Assembly (NCBI GenBank): GCA_043228905.1
Contig: JBHGNT010000017.1
Span: 10,726,001 to 10,790,000 of the forward strand
From: Azolla caroliniana
Taxonomy: Eukaryota; Plantae; Polypodiophyta
Length of the DNA: 64,000 nucleotides
Direction: 5' to 3'
Shown here: piece after piece, positions 1-13,300 of the stretch
How positions within the stretch are numbered: position 1 is the first letter of the stretch
Layout of the letters: each line of letters starts with the position of its first letter
Notes under the pieces: generated by a model
What the model was told of the DNA's origin: nothing
What the model saw: only the letters and a program-made list of their open reading frames with translations
The model's database searches: none
Position numbers and translations under genes: made by a program

Positions 1-1370
1 GTACTGTCGGATGGTATAAAATAGGCACACCATTTCTCTCTAGTCCACCTCCTTCTGAAAGAAGTGCAAGAATTTAGCTTTCAGGTCCACAAAGGTGGTG
101 ATAGTGCTGGGGTCTTGCGTCTGCCATCTGGCGGCCGGTCCTTCCAATGTCAAGCCGAATTCGGCTATCTTAGATTGTTCCTCTTCGGCTGCGATTAACC
201 GTTGTGACACATGGTTCGCCTCCCATGTTTGTTGAAAAGCGTGAACATGAGCCTCCGTGTCCGGGTCATCCCTATACTTGGGGTACTGGAACGGCATGTC
301 ATCGTCCGGTGTCGGTGCGCGGGCTGGCGGTGTTGGTGGTTTTTCCCGCTCTTCCGTCGGCGTCAGAGGTCTTTGTTCCTCCTCCTTCAGTGTTGCCGGC
401 TTCTCCTCCTCGACTTCCGGTGTCGGAGGTCTTTCTTTGTCCTCTTCCGTCTCCGGAGGTTGCTCCACGTCTAGTGTCGGAGGTTCCCAGTCTAACAATT
501 CTGGTTTCGGTGTTGGTAATGTATCCGACTCCTCGTCCTCCAGTCCTCCTGGGGTGTTGTTACTACTGCGATAGTTCGTGTGCGCGCTGTAACCCCCTTC
601 CGAATCTGATTCCAGCGCCGAAAACGCTTCAGATTCGCCATCTCTTCCTACCAAGGACTGGAGAAGGGATTCTGCTTCCCGGAGACTGCTTGAGCTGCTT
701 CCTTCGTCCAGGTAAGCGTTTTGTTGCAGACGGAGCGACTCTTCCGCCACTTTCCGGATCACTTTGGAAAATGATCGATCCGATCGGATTTCTTCCGCCG
801 CTTGCTGGGAAGCCTCTCGCCATTCAGCAAGTCTTCGTGCTCTCTCCGTAACCGGGTCGTTTGTTGGCCTAGTCATCCATTCCCGCCGTTGTTCACTGCG
901 ATTGTGCAGGAATCGTGGTCGCCAAAAACTGTGTTAATCCTTAGGGCTGGACAACAGCCTAACACAGGGTGTCCACTCAAGACACTTCACCAAAGGGTGT
1001 TACGGCGAGATAACTTACGACACAACGCTTAATTAGACCTTAATCGGTTATTACATCATTAACAAGCGTAAGATATACAATAAGCACAGAACGGTGAACA
1101 ATACTCAATGATAAAACAAAAGGTTTATATTACTCTCCGTTAATGACTACATTATAATCGGGCCTTTATATAGGTCACCGGTGCGAAGTAAAAAACGGTG
1201 CCAAACGGCACCTTTTCGGGATCGGTCCGGATCCGGATCGGCATACTGATTCCGGTCCATCCGTCCACATCTTCTCATATATTAATCTATATATTAAGAC
1301 TAGTAATTTCAATAGATTCCTAAATAACAATTCCCCTTTTCACACCCTGGTCTTTACTGGCCGGGTAACA
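1..1370 (-). mobile_element. 5' end of a Ty3/gypsy (Tat/Athila-like) LTR retrotransposon running off the left edge; 5' LTR ~930-1370
   Basis: On the minus strand the LTR starts TGTTACCC (1370) and ends ...TTAACA(CA), followed by GTTTTTGGCGACCACG, a TGGCG-type non-Met PBS (~914-925), then a gag-like ORF. It interrupts a copia integrase at 1371. Confidence 0.7.
40..876 (-). CDS. Retrotransposon gag-like protein, N-terminal part
   Basis: 278-aa ORF directly after the PBS: an acidic/Pro-rich segment, then PKYRDDPDTEAHVHAF...FGLTLEGPAARW...TFVDLKAKFL, which resembles a retrotransposon gag. Confidence 0.6.
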   Translation of the reverse strand: MTRPTNDPVTERARRLAEWREASQQAAEEIRSDRSFSKVIRKVAEESLRLQQNAYLDEGSSSSSLREAESLLQSLVGRDGESEAFSALESDSEGGYSAHTNYRSSNNTPGGLEDEESDTLPTPKPELLDWEPPTLDVEQPPETEEDKERPPTPEVEEEKPATLKEEEQRPLTPTEEREKPPTPPARAPTPDDDMPFQYPKYRDDPDTEAHVHAFQQTWEANHVSQRLIAAEEEQSKIAEFGLTLEGPAARWQTQDPSTITTFVDLKAKFLHFFQKEVD

Positions 1371-3498
1371 CCGTGTATAGTCGTTGATGAAGGAGACGAA
1401 ATATCGACTCCCACCAAGACTATCATTCTGTATCGGCCCCCATACATCGGAATGTATCAAGTCGAGCTTGTTTGGGCTCCAGTTACGCTCGTTAGGGAAA
1501 GGAAGTCAGTGTTGCTTGCCTAGCTAGCAAACTTTACAAATTCGTGCCTTCCGGCCACTAAATTTCGATTGCAGGTCTTGAAGCCGTTGATAGTTGACGT
1601 GGCCTATCCACTTGTCCCATAAGTCGATATTTGACTCGACCTTTTGTCCTTTCGCAAACATTGCAGTGCCACCGTCACTAGAGTCCAGGATAAACATCCT
1701 CCCGTCTCTGCGCCCTTGCGCAATAACTCGGCCTTCTTCCTCGATGAAGCACTCGAGATGCGTGGACCGAACCTACATCCCCTAGTCAATGATCTGTCTG
1801 ACTGACACCAGGTTCGTCATGATTGTTGGAATGTGTAACATGTTCATGAGTTTCCCTTTTTGCCCGACATGGCTCAAGGGAACTTCACCGACATTCGCGA
1901 TCGGGTGCGGAGTGTCGTCTCCGGTTGCGACTACTCCCGGTTGCATCGGTTTCTCAAGGTATGAGAACCACTCCTTGTGGCATGTCATGTGGTTTGAAGC
2001 GCCGGAGTCGACGTACCATGCCTCGTCCGATTTCGGGGTGGACTTCTTCATCGAGTTCGCTTCGTGTCTCGTCACGAAGGCTGACCCTTTTTTGGCTTTT
2101 CAAGATCCTTCGGCATAGTGCGATCGTTGTTGATTACCCTTGTCGGTTTTCCCGGTCCTCTCCAAATCGGTGCACTTCTTCTAGCACTCGCTCTCCTTGT
2201 GGCCTTTCTTGCCATAGTACCAACATTTGGCGGCGGATTTCCCTTGTCAGTTCTCGTCGCCTCGACTCCCCCTGGTTCCGGAGGGTTTGGAATCGTTGTT
2301 GGCATCACTTCGGTGCCTCCTTCCTTGGTCCCATCGGCCGCTTCCATTGCACACCGACTCGCCTCATCCGCCACAACCACGGGGCCTATCTCCCTCTGTG
2401 TACATAATCTTGTTGTCAGCATGCGTACTCGTCGACGCACCCGCATGGTTCTCCTCTATAAGGAGCATCGACTGTAGGTCGAAAAATGACGGCGTATTCT
2501 CCCGTGTACACATAGCAGTTTGGAACGCTCCGAACTTCGACGCCAGTCCCCCGAGACAGATCTGCACCATCTCGCCTTCCTCGACATTCACATCGATAGA
2601 GGCTAAGGATTCGCATATCTCTTTGATCTTCGAGGTGTAATCAGGCACCGACCAGTCACGTTGTCCTAAGTTGCTCAGCTCTTGTCGGAGTTGAAGCTTC
2701 CTGGTTGTGGTGCTTGCGGCGAAAATCTTCTTCAGATTTTCCCAAGCATCCTTTGGCGTTTTTGCATCCCGAATACAACTCAGAAGTTGTTCGCCCACAC
2801 AAGACGCGTTCTAGTAGAGAACTCTGCTCGCCGACCATGTGTCGAATCGGGTGTTGTGTCATTTGCTTCGTCGACATAGCTCCAATATCCATGCCCGAGC
2901 AGGTACTGGTGCAACTTGTACGACCAACACGCGTAGTTGTTTCTGTCGAGCTTCTCGGTAGGAAGCGAGCTGGCCATGCCTCTATCCATTTTGTTTTTCC
3001 TGTTCTTTACGAAGGTTAGGTTTTCTTCTTTGAGCTAAGGTCGGTTGCAGAGGTTCTCAACCCTTGCGCTCTGATACCATGTAAAAAGAATAGCGTGCAG
3101 AAGCAATAGAAAACCGAACACAGAAATGCAGGTTTAATGGAGAGCTTGAATATACACAATACTCGAGAGAGACAGACAGGGAGAGAGAATGCACACAAAC
3201 TCAATTCAAAAATAATACACAAATTCTCTACATAGGATGTGCTCAGTGAGCACTTTTATACAAGTCCATACGGACTGACAAAAGTAATGACACGTACTTC
3301 AATGCTCATAAGTGAGCCGTACACTAACTCCCAAAATATATTCCAACGGCCTCGCGGTTTACGCACCACTACGGCTTCTCATTGCGCACCGGTTTACGCA
3401 CCCGGTTTACGCACCAGTCTGGCCTAACCAATCGATCCCAACCGATCCGGTTCTCGGCTTGCATAGTCGATCCGGCCAATGTTGAGCTTGAATCAACA
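1371..3498 (-). mobile_element. Decayed Ty1/copia 5' half (copia A): 5' LTR 3080-3498, Met-PBS, gag, protease, start of integrase
   Basis: PBS reverse complement GCTCTGATACCA at 3068-3079; LTR bounded TG...CA; ORF fragments MASSLPTEKLDRNNY (gag) and WYVDSGASNHM (protease); many stops and frameshifts. Confidence 0.9.
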
Positions 3499-3960
3499 TA
3501 CATCTTTCTCTCTTCCTTATATAGTGTTGGAAGAGGCTAAACATAGCATAATACTTTTCTAAAGTGTTCATGCACATTAGATGTCCCTAATTAGCTTTTT
3601 CTACCATGCTTTTAATTCCTAAATATAGTGCTCTTGCACTCTACACGTGCATGAGTAACGTTTTCTTTGTTTGCGTTTTTCTTCTAAATAAAGTTTTTAC
3701 GTACTCTAAATGTGCATGGGTTGGTTTTTTTATAAAAATAGGTGTAAATATAAGTCTTATACTTGTTAAATCTATATTTAGTTCACTTATGATACGTTAG
3801 CACAATGGTAAGATTTGGGGATTATTTACATGGAGGTATAAGGTTCGAATCTTGCCATATGCATGTAATATATATTTTTATATTTTCTTCTATTTCTTTA
3901 TATTTATTTAATCTAGTACTATATACGGTTTTAACGTAGTGTACGAAATACACTACGATA
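3499..3960 (-). mobile_element. Probable LTR remnant containing a tRNA-like A/B-box module
   Basis: TAGCACAATGGTAAG...AGGTTCGAATCTT at ~3808-3853; same layout as 55080-55693; ends CACTACGATA next to a copia RT fragment. Confidence 0.35.
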
Positions 3961-3964
3961 ACAA

Positions 3965-4318
3965 GTCTACATCATCCGGTTTTTAGTCAGTAGTGTGCCG
4001 GCTCAAGAAGTTCCCTTACGTCCTAAAGCAAGCCCCCCGTGTTTCGAATTCAAAGATCACACATCGCTTGCGTAGGATGGGGTTTGTGGCATCAAAGTCG
4101 GACTCTTTGTTGTTCATCTGGAAAGTTCCTTAAGGTATCTCGTTATACGTGGATGATCTCGTCATCACCAAACCTGGCCTCGCTGAAATCGGTCGAGTGA
4201 AGTCCTAGTTGTTGGATGCTTCCAAAATGAAGGACCTAGGGGACCTTCATTACTTCCTCGAGATCGAAGTGATCCATACCCCTGACGGCATATCGTTATC
4301 CCAACGACATTATGTGCT
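3965..4318 (+). pseudogene. Ty1/copia reverse transcriptase fragment
   Basis: Degenerate CRLKK..Y.LKQAPR, SKSDSL and LYVDDLVI motifs; cut at 4319 by a copia LTR. Confidence 0.8.
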
Positions 4319-7300
4319 TGTAGAAACAAATAGCGTGTGGAAGGAATAGAAAACAGGAAACAGAGAACAAGCTTTAATGGAGAGCTTAACAGTACGTGGG
4401 AGAGACATAGAGAGAGAGAGCACAAAAAACTCAATTCAAAAATACTACTCAGTCTGTACATCGTATGTGTTCAACGAACACTTTTATACAAGTCCATACG
4501 GACTAACAGAAGTACGGTGTACTTCAATGCTCACACGAGCGTCTGACACTAACTACAAGATATTAACTCCTTAGTAGACTAGCTGCTACTTGGCTTCCGG
4601 TTACTACTTGATCCAGCTAATCGGCTCCCCAACTCACCGGCTCACCGATCCGGCTCCTCCTTCTGGATGCCGATCCGGATCCGGTTGAGCTTGCCCCTCA
4701 ACCTCAAGCTCAACTTGAGGTCGGATCGTAGTGTCAATCTCCATGGCAGTCGGTCCATCCACCCGGCTCCTTCTGGTGTCACTTCGCCTTGCTCGCGCTC
4801 CTCATCCAGTCCGGTCCCGTTTGCCATGACCTTTCTGTTTCTGCACATCTCAACCTACTTGGTCAGCTTGTCTGCTCAACAAGCCCAAATCAGCTCCCTC
4901 GCTGTTGTGACTTCAACGCTTGTCGACCCACCGATTCCTTCGTGTTGGCGTCGACTTTTGCTGCCATCTCGTCCTCTTGACCTTGAATTCTGTCTGTTAC
5001 CCTAAGTGGGCTATCTCTGATTCATTCCAGCTCTTGTCCGAATCGGTTGCTCATGATTTGTCTTCCCCTTTGTCAGTTCTTCCCTCACCAGCGCAATCGG
5101 TAGTCTCTTTGCCTTTGCCCATTCTGGTGTCTTTGCCCGTTCTCCCCCTCAAGTGTGGCACGTCAAGATGCTGAACACCAAGCATTTCGGTGAAGTGCTG
5201 CAACTTGTCCGATCTGAGCAGTTTGGTGAAGATGTTGGCAACTTGCCAATCTGTATGAACATACCAAAGTTCTACTTCACCGCTCAGGACACGCTCACAC
5301 ACGAAGTAGTAGTGCACTTTTATGTGCTTTGTGCGAGCATTGAATACGGGGTTCTTGGTGAGCTGCATGCTGCTGATGTTGTCACAGTAGATCAGGATTG
5401 GGGTTGGCACCTCAATCCGCAGGTCCTGCAACAAACGCCGAAGCCAAATGGCTTCACAAGTGGCAATGCTAACGCCCCGGTATTCAGCCTCGGTGCTCGA
5501 AAGGGCCACTGTTGGCTGCTTTTGCTACTCCAAGGGAAAACATACATCCGGAGGTGGATCGGTGATCCGATGCATCGTCGGCCCAGTCGGCATCGGTGTA
5601 GCCGACTAGTTCTTCGGTTATACCACGCCGGTATAAGAGTCCCTGTCCCATGTCTTCGTGCCACTCACATACCGTAGTATTCGGTGCGCACAAAGAAGAT
5701 GCTCTACAGTCGGCTTCTGCATGAATTTGCTAATCACACCGACCGAATAGTTGATGTCGGGTCGGATGATGGTCAAATATATAAGGCTTCCGACAATTTG
5801 TCGGAACCGTTTCTCATCGCAGGCCGGTTTGGAGTTAGGACGAAGCTTCTGGTTCCGGTCCAGGGGTGTGGATATCGATCGACATTCTGTCATGCCGAAC
5901 TTCTACAACATATTCAACACATAGTGTCTCTGTGAGAGCAATATGCCATCGGGGGTTCAGATCACCTCGATCCCAAGGAAATAGTGAAGGTCCCTTGATC
6001 CTTCATCTCAAATGCATCCGACAGCTAGGGACTTGACTTAGCTGATTTCATCGAGTCCGGGTCCGGTGATGACTAGATCATCAACATACAACAAGATGCA
6101 AACCGGACAGTCTAGACCTTGCCAGATGAATAGTGAAGAGTCGGATTTGGAGGCCACAAACCCCATCTTACGCAACCGGTGTGTGATCTTCGCATTCCAA
6201 GCTCGGGAGGCTTGCTTCAGGCCATAAAGTGACTTCTTCAGCCGGCATACCGCCGACTTGTTCATCTCTGTCTCGAAACCGGGAGGTTGGGTCATAAAGA
6301 CCTCTTCTTCTAGATCGCCTTGAAGAAATGCATTCTTCACGTCCATCTGGTGAATATGCCACTCTCTTGCCGCATCAACCGCCAGCACCACACGAACCAT
6401 CGTCATCTTCGCTACCGGAGTGAAGGTCTCGTCGTAGTCAATTCCGTAGCTCTACGTGTATCCCTTCACCACTAACCAGAACTTGTACCGGTTAACTGAA
6501 CCGTCGGCGTTGTACTTTACCTTGTACACCCACTTGCATCCGATCGGTTTACAGTGACGGGGAGGGTCAACCAGGTCCCATTTCTCGTTGGCATCAAGTG
6601 CCCGCATCTCTTCTTCCATAGCGGCACGCCAATGCGCGTCCTTTGCCACTTCTGCGTAGCTCTCCGGCTCACGCACTTCTGCCACCTTGGTCATGTACGC
6701 ATAGTGATGCGCCATGTACTCATTGTACCCGTACCGCTTAACAGGTTCCTTCTGGCAGGTTGACCGGCGTAACCCACCGTTAGCCGGTTTGAGGCCCTTC
6801 TTGGCCGGTTCGGTCTTCGGTGCCGAAGAACCGTCATTTTCCTTTCCGGAGTCGGATCCGCTCTGATTCGACTCATCATTACCGGTTTCATAATCTAGCA
6901 TCTTCTTCTTCCCCTTCTCTTTGTGCGTGAACCGTCTCCTTGGTTCCTTGCGCGGGGAGAGCACAGTAGAGTCTCCACTACTCGTCGGTTCCTCTTCTGA
7001 CTGGTCGGATTGACCCAGTCTCTCATTCGGCCCACTCAACCGAAACGATTCTGGACTCTCTTCTTGACTCCCGGATTCATCATCTTCTATCTGGACCGGT
7101 TCAGGCTCACTAGCCTCATCCTCCGGTATCGGGTCCGGTACCATGATGCCATCTCATCAAACTCAACATCGCGGCTAACTCGGACTTGCTTCATCAACCA
7201 TGCTTTGGAGGTTCCGGAAACAGCCGAAGACTTCGCTCTTCTGCTCAATGAGGTAGATCCATGTGTGCCGGCTATAGTCGTCGATGAAGGAGACGAAATA

Positions 7301-8965
7301 TTGACTCCCGCCAAGACTCACGTTCTATGCTGGTCCCCATACTTCCGAATTAATAAGGTGAAGCTTGTTAGGGCGACGGTTTCGTTCGGCGGGGAATGGA
7401 AGCCGGTGTTGCTTCCCGAGTTGGCAGGCTTCATATACTTGGGCCTTCCGCCACTGAACTTCAGCAAACCGAAAACAACTTGTTTCATTTGCAGTTCTTG
7501 AAGCCTCTGGTAATTGACGTGGTCGATCCACTTGTGCCAAAGATCGATGTCCGATTCAATCTTCTGTCCTTTGGCGAACAAAGCGGTGCCGACATCATTG
7601 GTGTCGAGGATGAACATCTTCCCGTCTCTGCGCCCTTGCGCAATAATCCGGCCCTCCTCAATGAAGCACCTAAGGTGCGTAAACTGCACTTGCATTCCCT
7701 AGTCGACGATTTGTCCAACCGACACCAGGTTCTTCGTGATAGTCGGAACGTGTAATACGTTCATCAACTTCCCCCTCTATTCGACGTGGCTCAAAGGGAC
7801 TTCACCGACATGCACGATTGGGTGAGGAATGTCGTCTCCGATTTCGAGAACTCCCGGTTGTTTTGGTTTCTCCAGGAAGGAGAACCACTCTTTGTGGTTC
7901 ATCATGTGATTTGATGCACTGGAATCAACGTACCACACTTCCTCCGATTTGGAAGTGGTCTTCTTCATCGAATTTGTTGCGTGCTTCATCACCAAGGCTG
8001 GCCCCTTACCGGTCTTCCCGGTTCCAGATCCTTTCGATCCTTGTGCGTAGTGCGAGCTTTGCCAGTTCTCCCGACCGGTTTTGTTGGATCCAGATCTGTC
8101 CGATTCGGCGTGCTTCTTCCAGCACTCGCTTTCTCTATGGCCCTTTTTGCCACAGTACCAGCATTCCGTGGCAGATTTGTCTGCTAACTTCTGGCGCCGC
8201 CTTGACTCCCCCTGGTTGTGGAGGTCCCAGAACTACTGTCAGCACGGTGTCTATGTCGTCGCTCTTGCCCTTGTTGGCTGCCTCCATTGCGTGCCAACCC
8301 GCCTCGTCCACCATGCCCACGGGGCCGATCCGTCGCTGTGTATAACATCCGGCTGTCGGTGGGTGCACTTGTTGACGCACCAGCGTTGTTCTTCTCTACA
8401 AGGAGCATCGACTGTAGGTCAAAAAATGATGGTGTATTCTCCCTCATACATACTGCTATTCGGAAAGCTCAGAACTTAGATGCCAGACCCCCAAGACAAA
8501 CCTGTACCATCTCGTCTTCCTCTACAGTGACGTTGATAGAGGAAAACGAGTCACAGATCTCTTTGATTCGGGCCGTGTAATCAGCCACCGACATCTCCTT
8601 CTGTCGGACATTGCTTAACTCCTCTTAGAGTTGCAGCTTCCGGGTTGTAGTGCTTGCGTTGAACACCTTCTTCAGCTTTCCCCAAGCCTCTTTCGGCGTC
8701 TTGGCATCTCGGATGTGGCTCAACAGCTAGTCTCCGACACTGGATGCAAAGCAGTACATCACTTTGCTTGCTGATTGTTCCCACACCGGGAAGTCCTTGT
8801 GTGCCGCATCAGGTGTTGTGTCGTTAGCTCCGTCGACATAGCTCTAGTAACCATGCCCAACCAGGTATTGGTGCACCTTGTATGACCAAGATGCGTAGTT
8901 GGATCTGTCGAGCTTCTCCACCAAAAGCGAACTAGCCATTCCTCTATCCATGTTTTTTTTTTGTT
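4319..8965 (-). mobile_element. Decayed Ty1/copia (copia B): 3' LTR ~4319-4700, RNase H, RT, internally deleted integrase, protease, gag; 5' LTR missing
   Basis: ORF fragments ALSSTEAEY/KNPVFNARTKHI (RNase H), [10 protein letters not shown] and LLYVDDL (RT), WYVDSSASNHM (protease). The integrase core is skipped at ~7200. The LTR resembles that of copia A. Confidence 0.9.
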
Positions 8966-8967
8966 CT

Positions 8968-9320
8968 GTTTCATTTAAGTTTTATTAGAGAAAATTGATG
9001 TATATTCTAGATTTCTCTGGAACATTCTAGAAACTTTAGGAGTACTCTTGAGAACACTATAAAAGGAGGCACAAGGCATTATTTCGAACCAAATCGGTTC
9101 AATGCCAGTCTTAAGCCTCCTAGCTACTATTGTATATTCCCTTAACATAATATATCTTTTGTTATCCTCATTCTCACTCTCTCGATCTCTCTCACTCACT
9201 CACTCTTTCCTTCCCTCGAGAGTTCTACACCTCCCTTAGTACTCATCTTTTAGTACTAATTCCTTCTCTGTTTTAGTATTGTTCCTGACAATACTTCTCT
9301 GTCTTGGTATTGCTCCTGAC
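8968..9320 (+). mobile_element. Partial LTR, same family as 56827-57239, with duplicated 3' terminus
   Basis: Close reverse-complement match to 56827-57145 (TATAAAAGGAGGCACAAG...GAACCAAATCGGTTCAA). It ends GTTCCTGACA at 9290 and again GCTCCTGACA at ~9321. Confidence 0.75.
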
Positions 9321-9326
9321 ACCGAC

Positions 9327-9628
9327 TATCATGGACATACCAACCGCGGACTTGGACGGAGCACAAATGATGGGGTTACGTGTAATGGGCTATGAACTTG
9401 GAACTGAACATGACGAGGCTAGATACTAGGGAAGTTGGGAGCAACGAGATGAGGAACTTAAGACACTAGGATTAATTGTAGATCATGAAGACAAATATGA
9501 AGATCAAGGAGAGAAGATGCGGCAAAACGAGAATACGGGATTGATGTGTCAGTGATTGGCGTTGAATCCCTTTAAAGAGACCAAGGAGATTACAAGTATT
9601 TATACATGTTTGTGGACTCTACATGTAG
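9327..9628 (-). mobile_element. Chromoviral-type solo LTR, part 1 (continues at 37039-37205; split by the gypsy insertion)
   Basis: Similar to the LTR at 27528 (TATCATGGACATACCAACCGCGGACTTGGACGGAGC vs TGTCACGGACACAACAAGCGCGGACTAAGACGGAGC). The split is marked by TSD TGTAG. Confidence 0.7.
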
Positions 9629-10323
9629 TGTTACGGGCATGACCATATAATATCCCGTGGACAGAATTTACCGTAGTATTCTATACATGTAGATAAGTGT
9701 TAGGGTTAAACAAGAGTGTAAAGAAGGGGAAGATTACTTTTAATCATCGGGATTGAGACAACCCATTAGGCCAAGTGTTAACTTGCTTGGGGGCCTTGGG
9801 TATCACTATAAATAAGAGGCCTAACTACCCTCATTTGATCATCTGGTTGACTACGTCGAGACTCTGTCTTGTGGTGGGTCAACATTTGTAGTGAGCGCGA
9901 GAGCACCAGGTACGACTCGACGCCACGGTGGTGGTATGGGATGCCGATCGAGGCTCGAGTTTGTCTCGATCCCTTCTCTTGGGGGTGGTCGGGTGGATCG
10001 ACACCCTTCTTTCTCTCTCTCCTTTCTATCTAGATCTATATTCTATCCTTATGTAATGCTTACATTAATTCATGTCTCTAACAATTGGTATTAGAGCTCA
10101 TTTTCTAATGTTTCTTTTGTTGTCTTTTGTGTTCTTGATTGATGGCGATCGATCTACGTGCGGTCGGCCTTCATGCAGACAAGGATCGACAAAGGAACTT
10201 CCGTAATCTTTCTTGTTTTTTTTTGTCTATTTTTTCTTCTCCCATCTAATCATGTGTATGGTTAATATGTAGATTTTTTTCATTAATTCAATGATGTTGT
10301 AGTGGTAATTCATTGGTTGTATA

Positions 10324-13300
10324 TGACGAGAATAGACGCTTCTATTCACCTTCTTCCTTCGGCCACAACCGAGTAATCGCGGATCAATGCAGCAGAAAAT
10401 AGGAAATACAGAGAAAGACACGATACACAGGGATTAACGTGGAAAACCCTATACGGGAAAAACCACGGGAGTGCGAGACTCCAAACCAAACTATGCACAG
10501 AGAAATATACAATGGCGAGCTGCAAGGCAACGACCTTGAGCTCGCTGTCCTCGCCACAGGCGGCGGAAATACACAGAGGCGTCTACCTCTTCCTCTCTCG
10601 CGCTCTATCTCTCTCACGGCTGCTCTCTCTTCACTCCTCTCAAGTGGAAAAACAGAAAAATGAGAAGCAACAGTAAAACTGTTTGCCCTAAGTCATATTT
10701 ATACATATATGACTTTCGGGCTATTTACAAGTGTAGCCTCAGGGGCCCATAGCGAACATATTCACGGATATGTCCCTGCATCCGGATCGCTCTCCGGGTA
10801 CATTCGTCATCCGGTACCGAAACCGGGGTCTTCGTCATCCGGATCCGAAACCGAAACCGGGCTCGTCGGCATTCATCTCCGACTTCCGACCATCCCATCC
10901 GAAGGGACCGTAATCCCAACAAACTCCTCCTTCACTTCGGCATGGGATGTCTTTCCAATCCGATCCTCTTCCGGCATGCTTCCAGCTTGTCGGGTGTGAG
11001 CACCTTGGTCAGCATATCCGACCCGTTCTCGTCCGTGTGGATCTTTGTCAGCACGAACTCCTTGTCTTCTATCCTTTCCCGGATCCAGTGATATCTTCGC
11101 TGGATGTGCTTCGTCCGGGAGTGATAGGCCGCGTTCTTCGCAAGGTGGATTGCACTCTGACTGTCACAGTAGAGTCGGTACTCCTCCTGCCGGATACCGA
11201 GCTCTCTAATGAAGTCCTTCATCCATATTACTTCCTTGCCGGCTTCAACAGCCGCCATGTACTCCGCCTCCGTAGTTGACAACGCAACCGTCTTCTGCAG
11301 CCTCGACTGCCATGAAACAGCTCCCCCTGCATACGTCATCACATACCCTGATGTGGACCGGCTGGTATCTGCATCAGCCGACATATCCGAATCGGTAAAG
11401 CCGTCGAGTTCGGGCTTACCGGAGCCAAATCGGAGGCACACGTTTGCCGTGCCCTTCAGGTATCGGAGTATCCACTTGGCCGCGTTCCAATGCTCTTTGC
11501 CGGGATTGCTCATGTACCGGCTCACCACTCCGACTGCATATCCGATGTCCGGTCTCGTACACACCATGGCGTACATCAAGCTCCCGACGGCTGAGGCATA
11601 TGGCACTTTCATCATATCCTCCTTTTCAGCCTTTGTCTTGGGACTTTGCTTGCTGGACAGCTTGCAGTTTGTCGGGAGGGTCGATCCGACCGGTCTTGCT
11701 TCCGACATGTTGAACCGGTGAAGCACCTTCGTCACGTACTTCTCCTGTGACAGCCACAACTGCTTCTTCTTCCGGTCCCGGATGATGTGCATCCCTAGTA
11801 TTTGCCTCGCCGGACCCAAGTCCTTCATTGAGAAGGTTCGGTGAAGAGCCTTCTTCAGCATCCGTATCTTGACCTGGTCCCGTCCGACGATCAACATGTC
11901 GTCCACGTACAGGAGGAGTATTAGGAAGTCTCCTCCTTCGAACTTCTTCACAAACACGCAGTGGTCGGACTGCGTTTTGAGGTACCCTTCGTCGGTCATG
12001 AAGGAGTCGAATTTCCGGTACCATTGCCGGGGAGCCTGCTTCAGTCCGTAAAGGCTCTTCTTCAACCGGCATACCAGGTGCTCCTTCCCTTTCTTCTCGA
12101 ATCCTTCCGGTTGCTGCATGTAGATCTCTTCATCGAGGTCACCGTGAAGGAATGCCGTCTTCACGTCCATCTGTTCTACCTCGAGGTCCATGCTTGCCGC
12201 TATGCTCAGCACCGTCCGGATGGAGGTCATCTTCACTACCGGGGCAAATATCTCGTCGAAGTCGACGCCCTTCTTCTGCTGAGACCCCTTCACCACGATC
12301 CTGGCTTTGTATCTCGGGGGGTTTCCGGCATCTCCCGGTTTCAGCTTGAACACCCACTTGTTTCGAAGTGCCCGTTTTCCTTTCGGCAACTCCACAAGTT
12401 CATATGTGTGGTTCTCATGCAGGGAATCCATCTCGTCCTGCATGGCACTCAACCACCTGCGGCTCTGGGTGTCGTGCTTTGCTTCTTCAAAGCTCTCCGG
12501 CTCCCCCTCGTCGGTTAGCAGCACGTGCTCTGGATCCGGAAATCTCCGGGGGGCCCTCCTCTCTCTTAGAGGATATCTCCGTTCCGGAGCTTCGGTAACC
12601 GGTTCTTCCGATTCTTCTTCATCCGAATCCATTTCGGGATCGGGGCCGGTTCCGGTATCGTTTTCATCTTCTTCGGCCGGTTCTGTTTCTTCACCGTCTT
12701 CGGCCGGATCCTCGAGTGCTAGCCGGTCCCTTGCCGGTCGGGACTGCTCCTTGTAGAGTTGATCCTCACCGGTCGACTTGGAGCTCTTTGCCTTCTTCTC
12801 CGACTCCCAGTCGGCGAGTGTCTTGTCCTCCATGAAGATGATGTCTCGACTCCTGAATATCTTCTCGTCGACCGGGTCCCATACTCGGTAGCCGAACTCG
12901 TCGTCGCCGTAACCGAGGAATATGCATGGCCGAGTCTTTGGATCTAGCTTTCCTCTCCGGTCCTTTGCCACATGCACGTATGCGAGACACCCGAACACCT
13001 TCAGATGCCGGTAGGACACTTCCTTACCGGTCCACACTTTCTGTGGCGTGTCTCCGTCCAAAGGTACTGAGGGTGATCTATTTATCACGTATGTCGCCGT
13101 CGACATTGCCTCAGCCCAAAACCCCTTGGGTAATTTCGCATGCGCCAGCATACTCCGGACCCTCTCCATTATGGTCCGGTTCATCCTCTCGGCCAGCCCG
13201 TTCAGTTCCGGCGTCTTCGGCACAGTAAACTCGAGCCGGATTCCCTTCGAGCGACAGTACTCCTGGAACTGCCCCCGGTATTCCCCTCCGTTATCCGCTC

